From Stegostoma tigrinum (Eukaryota), in assembly GCF_030684315.1 (NCBI RefSeq), contig NC_081359.1:42976470-43040469 (forward strand): 64,000 nt of DNA, in the 5' to 3' direction. Shown here one piece after another: positions 35,181 to 48,934 of this stretch; the first letter of the stretch is position 1, and each line of letters begins with the position of its first letter. Under the pieces are notes generated by a model that did no database searches, was not told the origin of the DNA, and saw only the letters and a program-made list of their open reading frames with translations. A program made the translations under genes and the position numbers.

Positions 35181-35814
35181 ATAATAACCTACGCCAACAC
35201 TTCCTCAGTCCCCTAATGTCCTAATAAGGATTGGAGGGCAAGTTTAGAACTTTATGAAGTAGGGAGTGCAAGCTGAACCTCCAGTAGGGTACTCATTACT
35301 ATTTCAGTGGAGGCAAGTGGCAGGTCATGCATGCTAGTTGTGTCATCTTGGACAGCCAAAACACTTAGTTAACATTCAAATCAGGTTCCTGTAGCACAAT
35401 CAGGAGCTTGATTCAAAATTAACTAGTGCTATCAGGATTGCTATAGCTCAGAAAATCCAACAGGAAAATAAAAATTGAGAGTTTTCAGCTCAAGAAATTC
35501 AATCCTTATTGTACACTTCTATGCAGTTGGTCAGGGTGGGCAGTCATGGAATACTGGATGGAATGGATTTTGGTTTGGAGTAAAATGTGAATTGCTAAAT
35601 ATAGTAAATATATCACCAGCATAGCAACATGGCAGATGGCTGTGTAAATCTCTAGAGGCAGACTTCAAGAGGCAGAAATAAGGGTGATTAATTTTCCAGT
35701 GAGTTAGCATGATCATGTGATCTCACTGGAAACCAAATATCCGACAACAGATCTTTTTAACTGCTGGAATGAAAATACTTCACCTCTAATAACTCAATGG
35801 TTGTGGTTGACACG

Positions 35815-36185
35815 TAGGAAAGGCTTGTATTTATATAGGAGCTTTCACAACCTCACAACAACCCAAAACATGTTAAAGTCAACGGCATACTTCTTTTGAA
35901 ATAATGTTACTGTTAGAATGTAGGAAATATGATAGAACATTTGTGTACTTCAAGGCCCAAAAATCAATTATGTGATTGTGACTTGTCAGGCTGTTTTAGT
36001 GACAATAAATATTGACCAGACAATCAGGGAGAGCTCTAAAATCTTCTTTGATATAGATCTATGATACCTCTTATGCAGAGAATGTCTTGGTTCAATGATT
36101 TTTCTGCTGCACTGAATGTGCGCCTAGATGATTTGCTCAAGAATTTTGAGTGGAAATTGAAGTCACAACTGAGCTGAGCATGATA
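35815..36185 (-). mobile_element. Ancient DeuSINE-like (SacSINE1/AmnSINE-type) element
   Basis: cttgtatttatatag..ctttcacaacctca (reverse L2-like tail), taaatattgaccagaca, ctgcactgaatgtgcgcctagat..gctcaag (decayed Deu-like domain). Recalled by eye. Confidence 0.55.
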
Positions 36186-37620
36186 ACAATTGGGCTGCAT
36201 CAGCACATGGTGATGTTGTTGCTCTCAATTTGCATTAAACAATTTTACAAAGCCACGAATATCTGTTATGGAATCAACAAATTACAATTAAACTCCGGCT
36301 GCAGGCTTTGCTCCCCACTTTAAACACAAGTCAACAACATCAAGTAAACTCAGGGCACCTATTAGAAATTCTCTACTCCTTGCAAAATGCATGATTTATT
36401 GAAAGAAAGCTATATGCAGAGAGCAGAGAGACAATCCAGTTGTTTGTGTCTCCTTAAAAATCAACTAATCAAGCAATTCTCAGGGATGTTCGACATGGTT
36501 CATCCAAAAGATGTTTAGTTTGGATTGAGAATCATAAAACATATTACAAATGTCAAAACCACAAATATTTTAGGTTTTTGCAAATCATTGCAACATGGAA
36601 TCAGCCATTAGATTGTTTTTTGTAATCCATGGACTTTTTAAATCACAGAGAATAACAAAACTCTAAACTCCATCAGAGCTTATATTATGAGTGCAAGCTA
36701 TTCAAATTGATCCACTGAATCCAAACTTCATGTTTTGCAGCCACCTTGAAATGTTGATGTATTTCACTGAATAAAGAACCCTTTCTGCTTGTACCTCTCA
36801 TTTCTTTGGTTCCTGTATTATATTTTAATTATTTTATTCTTTGAGGAATTGTGTACCAGATTTTAACTTGATGTTGTAATAGTGCTAGGCATAATATACT
36901 CGTAATGTGTTTAAATTATATATGCAGAAGTGATAATTCTAACAAAGTTTGTGTTATATGCTGACATGTGTACCTAAGCCACAGATGTTCAAATAATTTG
37001 GCCAGGGTGATCAAATAATGCCATTAATTCTGATTTTCCTAATACTGCCGCATTAAATTTAATGTAGTGTGGTTTGCTGAGGATTGGTAACTACAGACAA
37101 CTAGCCTTGCCATCATGGATATGTACCAAGGACATTCCCTATCTATTGTTAATCCATGATCAGCAGGCTAGAGCGAACTTCATAGGAATGCAATTTTACC
37201 TTTGCCAAAGCCTTTTCAGCACACTTCTTAGAAATTATCAACAGAAAGGAGTAAAATAAAGCATGCTATTAAGGTAGCACCAATTCATAATTCACTATGT
37301 ACTTCACTGAAAACATAGATACCACAGCAATCACAGAGGTTTTCCCCATTACCAGCTAGAAGACATGATCTCTCAAGCCAGTTAACCAGAGGCAAATGTA
37401 AGGCTGTAATAAATTGCAGCTGGAATGTCTACATTCCTGTGGATGTAATAGTGTTTTGCATTGAAAATATCTAAATTGTGCTTCTGATTGAATCTTTCCA
37501 TTCATTTCATCACAATACTGCAAGAAGCCAGCATGACAACATATAGTCCTGATGTTCTATGCAAGTATAATTGTATTTACTTCAACATGGATATTATACA
37601 GTTCCAGATACAACAGGAAT

Positions 37621-38093
37621 GGGTGACGGTAGCATAGTACTTATGAACTTGTAGCCCAGAGACCTGGATTAGTGTCACAAAAACGTGGGTTCAAATTCCA
37701 CCATGACAGCTGAGGGAATTCGTAAATCTGAAATAAAATGTTTTTTCTTCATTAATAATGAGGTTTATTCTTGAATGGTAGGGGAATCAAGGATTACATG
37801 GAAGGGGCAGGAAGTGGACATGAGGGGTGTTGGATCTGCCCTGATCCTGTTGAATGACAGAACAGGATTAAAGGGCCAAATGACCTATTCCTATTTCTTA
37901 TGGAACAATTGATGTAAAACCAGTCTGATCCACTGATGTCCTTCAGACTGACTCCAGACTTACAACTACTCAATGAAATGGCCCGCTCAATTACTTTGTC
38001 ACATGCGCTTCACCACTAACTGCCCATGAACAGCTGGGGATGGGCAATGAATGTTGAGCTTGCTAGCAGCACTTTATCACCAGGAAAAAAAAA
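37621..38093 (+). mobile_element. SINE family B with a nested CR1 3' tail (about 37765-37903)
   Basis: gggttcaaattccaccatgacagctg head; ggaatcaaggattac..gggccaaatgacctattcct insert; gggatgggcaatgaatg tail. Confidence 0.7.
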
Positions 38094-38194
38094 GAGATTT
38101 AAAAAGCACCTAGAGAAATGATTTAAAATGTTAACCCTGTGAAAGTTCACTTCTCTTGTGATGGGGCCTGGACTGAAAAGGACATGGGAATACA

Positions 38195-39240
38195 AACATA
38201 TAAATTAAGTGCAGGAGTAAATTGAGCCTGCACCACCATTCAACATTTCATGGCTAACCAGATTACTCCACATTCCTGTCTGCCACCAATGACAAGAGGA
38301 AAAATCCTCTCTTCAATAATTCTACAAACACCCCTCAGGATCTTAGATTTTTCAATCAACTCAACTCTTACAATCAACTCTTCTATCACCAGCAGTATAT
38401 TACCCCCTACCATATCAGTTCTTATTTGTCACAATAACCTTGGATATGGCACTTTGCTGAATACCTTATCGACATCTTTGTTAACTTTTGCTGGAATTTC
38501 TTAGCCTGTCAAGCCTTTTCTGGTGAAAAATCCCCCTTTTGTAGTTATTAGTCTTGTAAGCCTTGTCTAAACTGCTTCCAATGCATTTACATCCTTCTGT
38601 AAATAAGGAAACCTGTACTGTGCACAGTACTCCAGATATGGTCTCACCAATGCCCTGTTTACCGGAAGCATAACCTCCCTACTTTTGCTTTCAACTGATA
38701 TTCGTTTAGCTTTCCTAATTACTTGCTCTGTCTGCTGTCTAACATTATGCAATTCGTGCACTTTGGCATCCAGATCGTTCCATATCTCAGGAATCTGCAA
38801 TCTCACACCATTTTAATAAAGTGCTTCATTTTTATTCTTCTTACCAAAATGGCCAGTTTCACATTTCCCTACATTACACTCCATTTACCACATGTTTGCC
38901 CACTCACTTGGAATATCTGCATCCCTTTCTAGCCTTTTTTTGTCCTCTTCACTTTCCCACCTATTTTTGTGTTACCTGTAAATTTAGCGAAGCACTTGCC
39001 ACTCCTTTGCCCAAATCAGTTGCATAAATTGCTAGGGCTCCATAAATATTGGAGTCCTAGCCGTGGTGCCGGTGACACACCACATTTTGCCAAACAGAAA
39101 GTGATCCATTATGCCTATTTTATTTCCTAGCAAGCCAGCCTTCTATTAAAGTGTCTATGTTACCTGCTTCTATTAGCGTCTATTTTCTGTAATATCTTTC
39201 AATGTCTCGCCTGATCAAATAACTTCTGAATGTCCTTGTT
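38195..39240 (-). mobile_element. CR1/HER1 LINE fragment(s)
   Basis: KSREVMLPVNRALVRPYLEYCAQYRFPYLQKDVNALEAV. Confidence 0.8.
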
Positions 39241-39499
39241 AATTTTTGAAAATATCTATAGAAATTCTTATTTCTATTTCTAGCTGGATTTCAATTGAAA
39301 AGTGTTGGGATCTACTGTGCTTATCTGTTCCAATACTCCCACTGAACTTCCATTTCACTCCTGCGTTTTCCAGTGTGAATTAATTATGATTGATAACTAG
39401 ATGTGAGACTGACACTGTTTATTTGTTGATAATATTTGCAGCATTTCCATAATTCTTATTGTAATGATTTCCTTCTGTAACTTTGTAGAATTTGACAGT

Positions 39500-40275
39500 A
39501 TGCCATACCCTGATGTAATTTATAATAATGAAATGTGAGGTGATGTCTGTTAGCAGAATGGAGAGGCAGCATAGATTTATTGGCATAGTTCAAAAGCGTA
39601 TGCAGGGACAAAGGGATCTGGGAATTAATATGCAAAAGGCTTTCATGCTGACAAGACACACTGAGAGAGTGTTTAGCATAATATATAGGATCTTGGACTT
39701 CATCAATAGAGGTAAAAGCTATTTTGAACCTTTTTAATGCTTTGAATTGTTCACAGCTAATGTATCCAATCTTGGTGAACACATGTTGGAAAAAAATTGA
39801 GGATCCTTCAGAGGTTGCGGAGGAAATTTATTGGAATAGTTCCCAGGTTCAGGAAATTCAATGGTAAGTTTGATTTGTTGGAGCTTGGGTTGTTCTCCTT
39901 GGATCAGAGTGAATTCTTGATCAAGGTGTACAAGGTTATGACAAGTTTAGATACGGCAAAGTTGTCCTTCTTAGTTGATTGTTTAGGGATAATGGAGCAC
40001 AAATTTAGGATTTTGACAAGAGGCCAAATAGGAAGTGCAGAAAACCATTTTAACACTGCAAATGATAATTAATAGAAATCTCTACCTATGAGATTTGTAG
40101 ATACAGAAATGATCAATGATTTCAGGTGGAAATTGGAGAAGCAATGCAGGGACATACCCATTGCAGCATTTCAGGATTGCGTGGGGAAATTGAACCCATT
40201 GGACTGTTGTACGAAGACATGGCAGGGATTTGATGTGCTGAGTAGTGCCTTCTGTGCTACAATAACTTTGAGAGC
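39500..40275 (+). mobile_element. CR1 LINE 3' fragment, old
   Basis: KCEVM..QRDLGINMQK..ILDFINRG and LQRLRRKFIGIVP..ELGLFSLDQ..IKVYKVM. Confidence 0.8.
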
Positions 40276-41954
40276 CCATGGTGAATGTTCTCATCCCTTC
40301 TGATATTGTACATAATGCTTGTTTTTCAAGGTTTTCATCAAATTTATTCTACCATTAGAAAACGTCCCATTCTTTCCCCCCTAACTATCCCATTCCCAAT
40401 TAGCAGACACTGGAAGAGAAAGAAAACTTTTTTGTGATAAATGAACGCTTCAGAGAGCTGAGCCCTTGGTGTGTGCTCTTTTATAGACATATTAACTATT
40501 AAGTTGAATGTCCTTGATTGTCCCCATTAATGCCACATTGAAATGAAATAAAGTGGCTTACAATTAGGTCTAATGATACTAGAAAAACAATAGGCTACCA
40601 TCAGGCTAAACATGGCACTATAAAACCGACATTAATGACACATTAAATAAATGGTGATGATGCAGGGAATAAGATGAAATCGTTCACACTATACCTTGAA
40701 GGAGCTCATACTAATTAGTTTTAATGTTCTGTAAAAATAGGAAATTCAGTACTTATGCTGCTGTATAATATTGATTATTAAACTTCAAGAAGTAATTCAT
40801 TGTGCGAAGCATTTCCAGATGCTTCAGTTCAAAAGCACGTTGGCATTATTAACTGTGCTGCATAGTTTCTGCAAGCATAGCTTCATGTGCTCAGAAAATC
40901 AACCTGTAGAAGTTTATTTCCAGAATATGGACATTTGTCTCATGGACCAGCTCTTGGCAATGCAATCCAGAACTAATTCTATTTACTTAATCTCACTTGC
41001 TGGCCCTGCATCTTTATTTAGCTGGTGCGATGGTCTCGGTTTCAACCACTTTGTACAGTGAAGCATTCCATGTTCCAGCAAACTTAAGTGAAAATAACTT
41101 CTTACAAAATTCTCTCTTCTCTTTAGTTTTACTTTCTCTTCAAAGATTACCCAAACTGCAGACAGTCTGCTTAATCATGGCCTGTACACTTATTTTTATA
41201 CATCTTTAGCCTATTTTGCTCTTGTACTTTATGCCCTTTTCATAAACCCAAAATACTGTTGGACTCTTTAAAGACTTGGCTTACAGATACATTTCAACAA
41301 GTTATGTATTGGAATTCACAGTGTCTTTGGATGAATCTTAAATGTTTTTGGCTAAGTCTGAGTTGTGTCCAGTGATTTGTAGGGTTTTGCACCACAAGGT
41401 CAAAACAATTCTCTTACTATAGCATACTAAAATCACCTCATTAATTACCTACCTCACCCCTATCACGTCTCTCACATTCAGTTTTCACCCAGTCTTATCA
41501 TGTGCTGTTCGCCGGTTATCACAGAATTCCCCAGGATTTCACGCGCCTGTGCCATTTTACGAGCCTGTTGTACACCCAGACCAGTAGTGTCAGTCTGGAG
41601 CTGCCTTGCATGATTGTAGATGTTTTACCCAGAGAGGGCAGACAGACTCCTGGAGTTTTTCCTGGATGAGTTCCTGCTGGATGGGGCGGTGCTAACATCT
41701 GACTTCTTTTACCCCCAAAGCTAACTGTGAGGGCAACAGCACTGACCATGCCACATTGGTCTGAGTTAAAACAAGTTGTCTGGAGGATGGAAATTAAAGG
41801 ATCTCAAGAGAGCTTCAGCGTATCCTGGGGCAGTCCTACCTATATACACCCTTAATACAAGCTCTCTCTTTCAATTCATTCAGTCACAGTGAAAAACTGT
41901 GTGCTAGAAAGACTGTGTGTAGGCTGCTTGAATTCCTCTGTCGTAGTCACAAAG

Positions 41955-42137
41955 TTATAAAACAGCACAGATAATGGCCTTTGGCCCTTTACATCCAATC
42001 CAGTCAAAAATAACTAACTCTTCTAATGTCCTTTTCCAAGTGGACACCATCGCAAGTGCACATCTAAATACTTCTTAAAATGTTATGAGAGCTTCTCTCT
42101 CCATCACACTTACAGGCAGTGAGTTCCAGACTCCTAC
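41955..42137 (-). mobile_element. CR1 LINE 3' end (continues at 46046 after the Gypsy insertion)
   Basis: acagcacagataatggcctttggccc..ggcagtgagttccagactcc joins caccaccatctgggtgaaaa at 46050, as in the uninterrupted copy near 1290-1345. Confidence 0.8.
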
Positions 42138-42335
42138 GAAAGTGATTGGAACAAGGTCATCCAAGTCCATCTCATAGATTGTGAGTTAGGAAGTCCTAGC
42201 TGACAGATATAAATAGGAGTGTCAGGGTTTCTGTTAAGTATAAGAGCCAGATCACTGTGTCAGTGTCATATACTACGTATGTGTAAGTAATGGGTGACTT
42301 GGTGATGGGATACTAGCCTTTGTGGAGTTATTTCA
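42138..42335 (+). repeat. 5' LTR, followed by PBS-like gtggcgatgag (42336-42346)
   Basis: Shares ctgaca.atata.a.aggagtgt.aggg.ttctg and acttggtga.gggatact..cctt..tggagttattt with 45783-46045. Ends in CA. Confidence 0.85.
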
Positions 42336-45300
42336 GTGGCGATGAGAGAAAAACACACTGCTGAAAAGATTCTCTCACAACCATCATCTCTGAGTTGGGA
42401 TAAGTATTTCTGGCATCATGCTGCTATTCAGGAAGCTTGCCTCATTTGATTCTGCCTTCAAAGGTTGGGCCCAGTATGTAGAAAGAATGTATTTTTTTCA
42501 GGAATTCACATTGGGGCAGATAAAAAGCAATCAGTAATTTTTCTAACAGCTTGTGAACACTCAGCTTTTTAAGTTATTAGGAGCCTAACTTTCCCTGAGG
42601 CACCACTCACTAAAACCTTTCAAGAGTTGATGGATTTGGCTAAGGAATATTATTACCCCGAGCTTCCACTAATTCTGAGATGTTATCAGTTTTACTCAAC
42701 AGTTTGAGAAGCAGGTAAATCCATATCAGGATTTTTGACGCTGTTAAGAAGACTGACAGAGACATGTAATTTTGGTTTATCCCTAAGTGAGATAGTGAGA
42801 GACCATTTGTTATATGAGATTAATGATGTGACCATGCAAAAGCGCCTACTAGTTGAAGCCCAACTGGATTTCAAACAGGTACGACAATTCACTTTGTCAT
42901 TAGAAAATGCAACAAGTGCACCTTGAGTTACTTGGACAGAAGTGGACACCTTTGCTAGGTTGGCTAAGCTTGGGGAACACCACTTGAGTAAAAGCAATTG
43001 TACAGCCTCACTCAGGATATATTCTGAACAGAAGGACTCTAGCTCAGCCCACAGCAAAATCCCAAAACAATGAGAAGCCTTCAGGAAAATGGTGAAAAAC
43101 TTTCCTGAGGGTTGGACCAGCATGCCATTGCAGTTGCTGCTGGTATGTTGGACAGCAGAAGAGCCCCACTAGGCTTGAACTGAGTCGGTGAACTCATAGG
43201 CCAGTATCCAGGAGATTGGATATCCTGGAAAGTCCACCTATAACTGGTTTGGAACTGTTAAATTGCTCAGCAACATCCAAGTTGGAACCAATCAAAGTAA
43301 ATGTCTGGTCAAATAGCGACCCACTTCTAATGAAGGTCAACAATGGAGCAGCTGTATCAGTGATTGTGGGAATCGGCCTTTACCAAAAATTTGATTTGGT
43401 CTCTACCCTTTAAGTTTGTGTAAGACACAGGCCAAGCTGAGAACCCATACCAGGGAAACCCTCCAGATTAAGGGTACAACGTCGATTCCAGTCTCTTATA
43501 AGAAACAGCTGGTTCAGCTATCACTGATTGTAGTAAAAGGGTCAGGCCCAAGCTTGATGGGATGAAATTAGTTGAGAAAGGTTTAATTTGTTTGGCTTGA
43601 TATTTTTCGCTTAAAAAATGGCTGCCTGAATAAATTCTTAAACAAATACCCAGAGGTTTTTCAGGAAGGTCTAAGGATTATTAAAGGGTCCAAGGCCTCT
43701 TTACATGTTGAAGTAATTCCAAAATTCTGCAAGGCCCACACAGTGCCATTTGTCTTATGTGCAAAAATAGAGTCAGAAATCAGGAGGGTAGAAAGTGAAA
43801 GAATCTTCAAACCAGTGCAGTTTACAGATTGGGCAATACTGGTCATACTGATTCTGAAGCCCATTGGGTCTGTTTGCCTTTGTGGGGATTTCAGAAAGAT
43901 GGTAAACCATTTCCCACAGCTGGATAAATATTCAAATAGTCGATAGAGGACTTATACGCCAAATGGGTAGTCCTTCACAAAACTGGACGTGAGCCAAGTA
44001 TACCAGCAATTGTGTTTAGATGAGGATTCCCAGACGTATGCTACAATTAAGATCCATAACAGTTTGTACTAATACATGAGCCTGCCTTTTGGGGTATCAT
44101 CAGCCCATGCCACTTTCCAGTGGACAATGGAGAATATTTCCCGAGGTTTACCCCAGGTCGCTAATTATTTGGAAGATGTGATAATAATTGGGAAGACCAA
44201 TAAAAAGCAATTGGCAAAATTGGATGTAAAGAGGATGAGGCTGTGCCGTCCATAGCTTCAGGTCAAATTCAGGGGTAGGCTGTTATTGTGAGTGCTTACA
44301 ATTCTGGGAGGCCAAGTGGCAAATGTGGATAACTTGAGTGGTGCCATCACTAGAAGAGGCTGTTCTAGTTGAAAGCATTCTGGTCACCTTTCCAGTCACC
44401 GCTGACAATTTCGGACTGTGGATGCAAAACATCCCATCCTGCCAAAATTAAAATGGTTGGTGGTGATGGGTGAAACAAAATGGCCATCACAAGCAGAATT
44501 GAAATCTTTCTAGACCCAGCGTGATCAGATCACAGCAGAGGATGGCATGTTATTATGGGAAGCAACAGTGCTTGTCCCAAGTAATGGTCATCCCCAGACA
44601 CTAGCTAAACTCCACCAGTTCATCGAGGGCCTTCCAAAATTAAGATGTTGGTGAGAAGTTATGGCTAGTGGCCAAGATTAGGTGCCAACATAGCTGGGAA
44701 AGAACCCAGAGTGCAAACAAGGACAAAATTTGCTGCCGGCAGCACTCGCACATTCGTAGGAATGGCCAGGTAAACCCTGGACTTTGTTACACATTGACTG
44801 TGCCGATCTTTTCATGTGCTGCATGCTTTCATACATTGTGGATGCCCATTCAAAGTGGTTAGACGTGCACAGAGTTTATTTGTCAAATGCTGGAACAATG
44901 ATTAAAAGTTGCGAGCATCTTTTACAATATATGGACTCCCGGAGATGTTGGTCACAGACAATGGGCCATCATTTACCAGCAGAGAATTCAAGTATCTCCT
45001 AAAGTTGAATGGCATTCAGCATGTAAGGCCAGATCCATGCTATCCATCATCCAATGGTCTTTGGAAAGAACAGTCCAAACTTTGAAGGCAGGCTTAAAGT
45101 AACACCTTCACTCAATGCTAAACGGTGGCACTTCCTATCTGATTATAGGACCACCCCTCACCCATCTACAGGGACATCTTTAGCAGTGTTACTAATGGGG
45201 AGAAGATTACACACCCAGACCAGGAGTGAGAGTGTGAAGTTGAATCAGGAACGCCATTACCAGACATAAGACTCCTCTAAGCGAGAGAGACAATTTACTT

Positions 45301-45782
45301 CAGGGAACAAAGTTTGGTGTCAAAACTAAAGAATGACCTTGCATGGATAAAAAAGCATGGTGGATTCAAGATCAGGTCTAATGGCATACAAAGCCCAGGT
45401 AGGAGAGGTGGTCCACATGAATGCACATGGACCACATGAATGCTGTAAACCTCGCAAACAGGGCAGGAGCAAAACATTCCCCGCCCCTCAGAACATCTGC
45501 CAAGGTTGTCAGAACCATGTATTCTCCCCTTCTGCATAGAGTCAAAGAAATTTCTGAGGACAAGATAGACATCGCAGATATTGCAGCCTCAATGCTGTTA
45601 CTGCCTGAAGGAGAACATGAATATTGGCTGAGATAGTCTGGTGCAAGAAGTGGGCTAAGACCCAGTACGCACCACTAGTATCTGAGGCATAGTCAGAGGA
45701 ATCAGATCTAGTGCAAAAACAGCCCAGGAGAAGCTAAAGTTAAAAGAACAGGCCCACGCCCCATGACTTAAAGAGGGAGAGA

Positions 45783-46045
45783 TGTTGTGTTTAGAACAGG
45801 GTCACCCAGGTAGATCTGAAAGAAGAGATAGGAAGAACTGCCGATGTTGGAGTCAGAGATACTGATTGGAACTATTAGCCTGGTTCAAATCAGGGAGTCC
45901 TGGCTGACAAATATAGACAGGAGTGTTAGGGGTTCTGCTCGCTCCAGGAGCCAACTCTGAGCTAGCTGGGTCAATGTCATGTACTTTGCATGTGTAAATA
46001 TAAGACAACTTGGTGAAGGGATACTGACCTTCATGGAGTTATTTT
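45783..46045 (+). repeat. 3' LTR, preceded by the polypurine tract aaagagggagaga
   Basis: Starts with TG immediately after the purine run at about 45770-45782. Homologous to the 5' LTR. Confidence 0.85.
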
Positions 46046-47560
46046 GTCCACCACCATCTGGGTGAAAATGTTTTTCCTCACATCTACTCTAAATTTTCTG
46101 ATCCACACCTTAAATCTATGTTCCACCATCATTGATCCCTACACCAAGGGGAAAAGTTTCTTCCCATTCGTCCTATCTGTGCCCTTCATAATTTTTTACA
46201 TCTCAATCATGTCCCCCCTCCAGCCCAGACAACCCCCTGGTAAGTCTCCTCTACACCTTCTCCAATGCTATTATAATACTCCTGTAACGTGCATTCCAGA
46301 ACTGCACACAATACTCCAGCTGTGGCCTAACCAATGTTTTATACATATCCAGCATAATGTTTCTGCTCTTAAACTCTATGCCTTAGTTAATAAAGTCAAG
46401 TTTTCCATATGCCTTCTTAACCACTTTATCTTCCTTAAGTGGCAGTTGGACATTCTCACCATGTTCTGTATGATCTTTGATGCTTCCCAGTATCCTACCG
46501 TTCATCATACAGTCCCTTACCTTGTTGGTCCTGCCCAAGTGCATCTGTTCACATTTAGCTGGATTGAATTCCATTTGCTATTGATCAGCCCATCCAACCA
46601 GCTGGTCTGTATCCTTTCATAGTCTAAGGCTATCCTCCTTACATTTTACCACCCTACCAATTTTTGTATCATCTGAAAACTTACTGATCAACTGCCTACA
46701 TTCAGGTCTAAATCATTTATATAAACCATAAATCACAAGGATCCTAGCACAGTGGGACCTCACTGGACACAAACATCCAGTTGGGTAAGCATCTCTCAAC
46801 CATCACCTTCTACTTCCTGCTGCTCAGCCAATTGCAGGTCCAATTTGCCAAATTTCCTTGGATACCATGGGGTCTTACCTTTGCTATCAGTCTCCCATGC
46901 AGGATCTTATCAAAAACCATGCAGAAATCTGAATCGATAACATCATATGCTTTGCCCTTATTAATGCACCTAGTCACCACATCAAAAAATGAAATTAAGC
47001 TGGTAAGACATGATGTCCCCTTAATAAAACCTTACTGACTGTTCATGATTAATCCATGCCTCTCCAAATTCAAATTAATTCTATTTCTCAGAATTTCTTT
47101 CTATATTCTGCTAAACACTAATATTAGACTGACCCAACTTGAAGTTTCCTGATTAATCCATTGCTCCCTTCTTGAATAAGGGTGACACATTGTCTGTCTT
47201 TCAGTCCTCTTTCACATTTCCTGTGGTCTGAAAGGAATTGGACATATTTTCAAGTGCCACTGCCTCACTCAAAAACCTGTGATATATTTCATCTGGCCCT
47301 GGAGGTTTACCTACTTTTAAGCCTATTAGACCACTCAGAGCCTCCTCTCTGTCTATTCTAATTTCTTTAATTGTATCACAGACCTTCTCTCTGATTTCTA
47401 TACCTGTACTATCCCTCTCACTAGTGAATACAGATGCAAAGTATTCATTTCAAACCCAATCTCCATCTTCTGCTCCGTGCACAAATTGTAGTCCTTAATG
47501 GGCCCTACACTTTCACTCATTATATTTGTATGTATCCTTAATGTACCTTTTATCCTCAAT
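46046..47560 (-). mobile_element. CR1/HER1 LINE RT-region fragment
   Basis: MEFNPAKCEQMHLGRTNK..DKVVKKAYGKLDFIN. The reverse of tttttgtatcatctgaaaac reads FSDDTK. Confidence 0.9.
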
Positions 47561-48934
47561 TTTACAACATAAGTGGGGCCAACTTCTTATTAACTCTTCC
47601 CTGGAGGATTTGCCCTGTAAACACACGCCATGCCCGGGACACCTGCAAAAATGCCTGTAAAGATTCCAAAGCTGGGAGATTCCTGAAGACATGTCCAGCC
47701 TAGTCTGTTTGAAGTTGAATTGTTTAGTACTGATTATCAGAGAATCACAGCATTGTTACAGTGCAGAAGGAGGAACTTTGAGCTATGTCCCTGTACTGGT
47801 TCCTCAGGGACATATTGTTACCTCGTGCTGTTTCTGTGCAAATTGCTATCTAATGCCCTCTTGAATGCCACAATTGAACATGCCTCCACCACATTTCTGG
47901 CTAGTGCATTGCAGACACTAATTACTTGCTGGGTGAAATTATTCAAATGCTATTGAATATTGCATACGTGGATGTATCACAACAGTTCTTATCAATGCAT
48001 TCGGTTAATAAGCTAGAATAATTAATATTTATAGCCCAGGATCGTGATCGATTCATGTTGCGCATGAAAGCTGAATTTTCAGAAAAGGAAATTACCTTTT
48101 ATTGTTTTTAATATAACAGTCCACTGGACTTTGATAGACCTGATGAGATATAGTGGTGGCTGCTGATAGCTGTTTAGTTTGAGTGATACACTATTCACTG
48201 AAGAGGGACAAAACAAAAGAAAATGGAAGTCCAGACTGTGGAATGAGCAAATGGTTTCAGTTTACTTTTAAACCCAGCTTAGGTTAATATCACTAACTTC
48301 CCTCTTCTTTGCTGATTGCGAACATTTTATTGAAAATCATTTTGAGTCATTTAAACACAGATTCCTGTCAATCAGGTCTATGGAAAACAGGATTGTTGGT
48401 GACCTTGATTTAAAAGATAGACAATTCACTGATAAAGGCAACTGGGTCAGAAAGTGGAAATAAAATCACTTCCAGTACAGTTCAAATTTCTCTTCCAAGG
48501 TTAGGCTGAGGGTGGATTACTGTGATTTTGTTTTAAATGTTATCATGCTATGTCTGACTACAAATACCTAATGCTGACACCAGTGAATCAATGTGAGAAA
48601 CTTTATTTTTCCTTCTGTAAAAATTTTAACCTAAAAAGGAAAAGATTGCCTTTAGATTAGGAAGTCAAATCAGACCTGTACCTAAAGGTTAATTGTGGGC
48701 ATATATTGTAAATATTTCTTCAGGTTCAACCTTCATCCATTTTTATCTGTGCAAGTTCTCTGCTCTTTCTAGAGTTCCTTAAATCTGTGGCAAAAGTACC
48801 AAATCATCAGATGTCTAAAACTTCAAATAAAAGAAAAGAACATTTGTATTAACAGAGCTCCTTTCTTTAACATATGACGTTTTAGAACACGTGGCACTTG
48901 ATATTTTTTAGTGTGATCACTCTTTTATAATTTT

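Larger units (their letters stand above)
42138..46045 (+). mobile_element. Gypsy/Ty3 LTR retrotransposon, decayed, internally deleted
   Basis: gag from about 42418; protease LLMKVNNGAAVSVI (decayed DTGA); RT WAILVILILKPIGSVCLCGDFR, LPFGVSSA, YLEDVII (decayed YLDD); integrase WPGKPWTLLHID, IVDAHSKW, VTDNGPSFTSREF. Two LTRs present. Confidence 0.93.
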
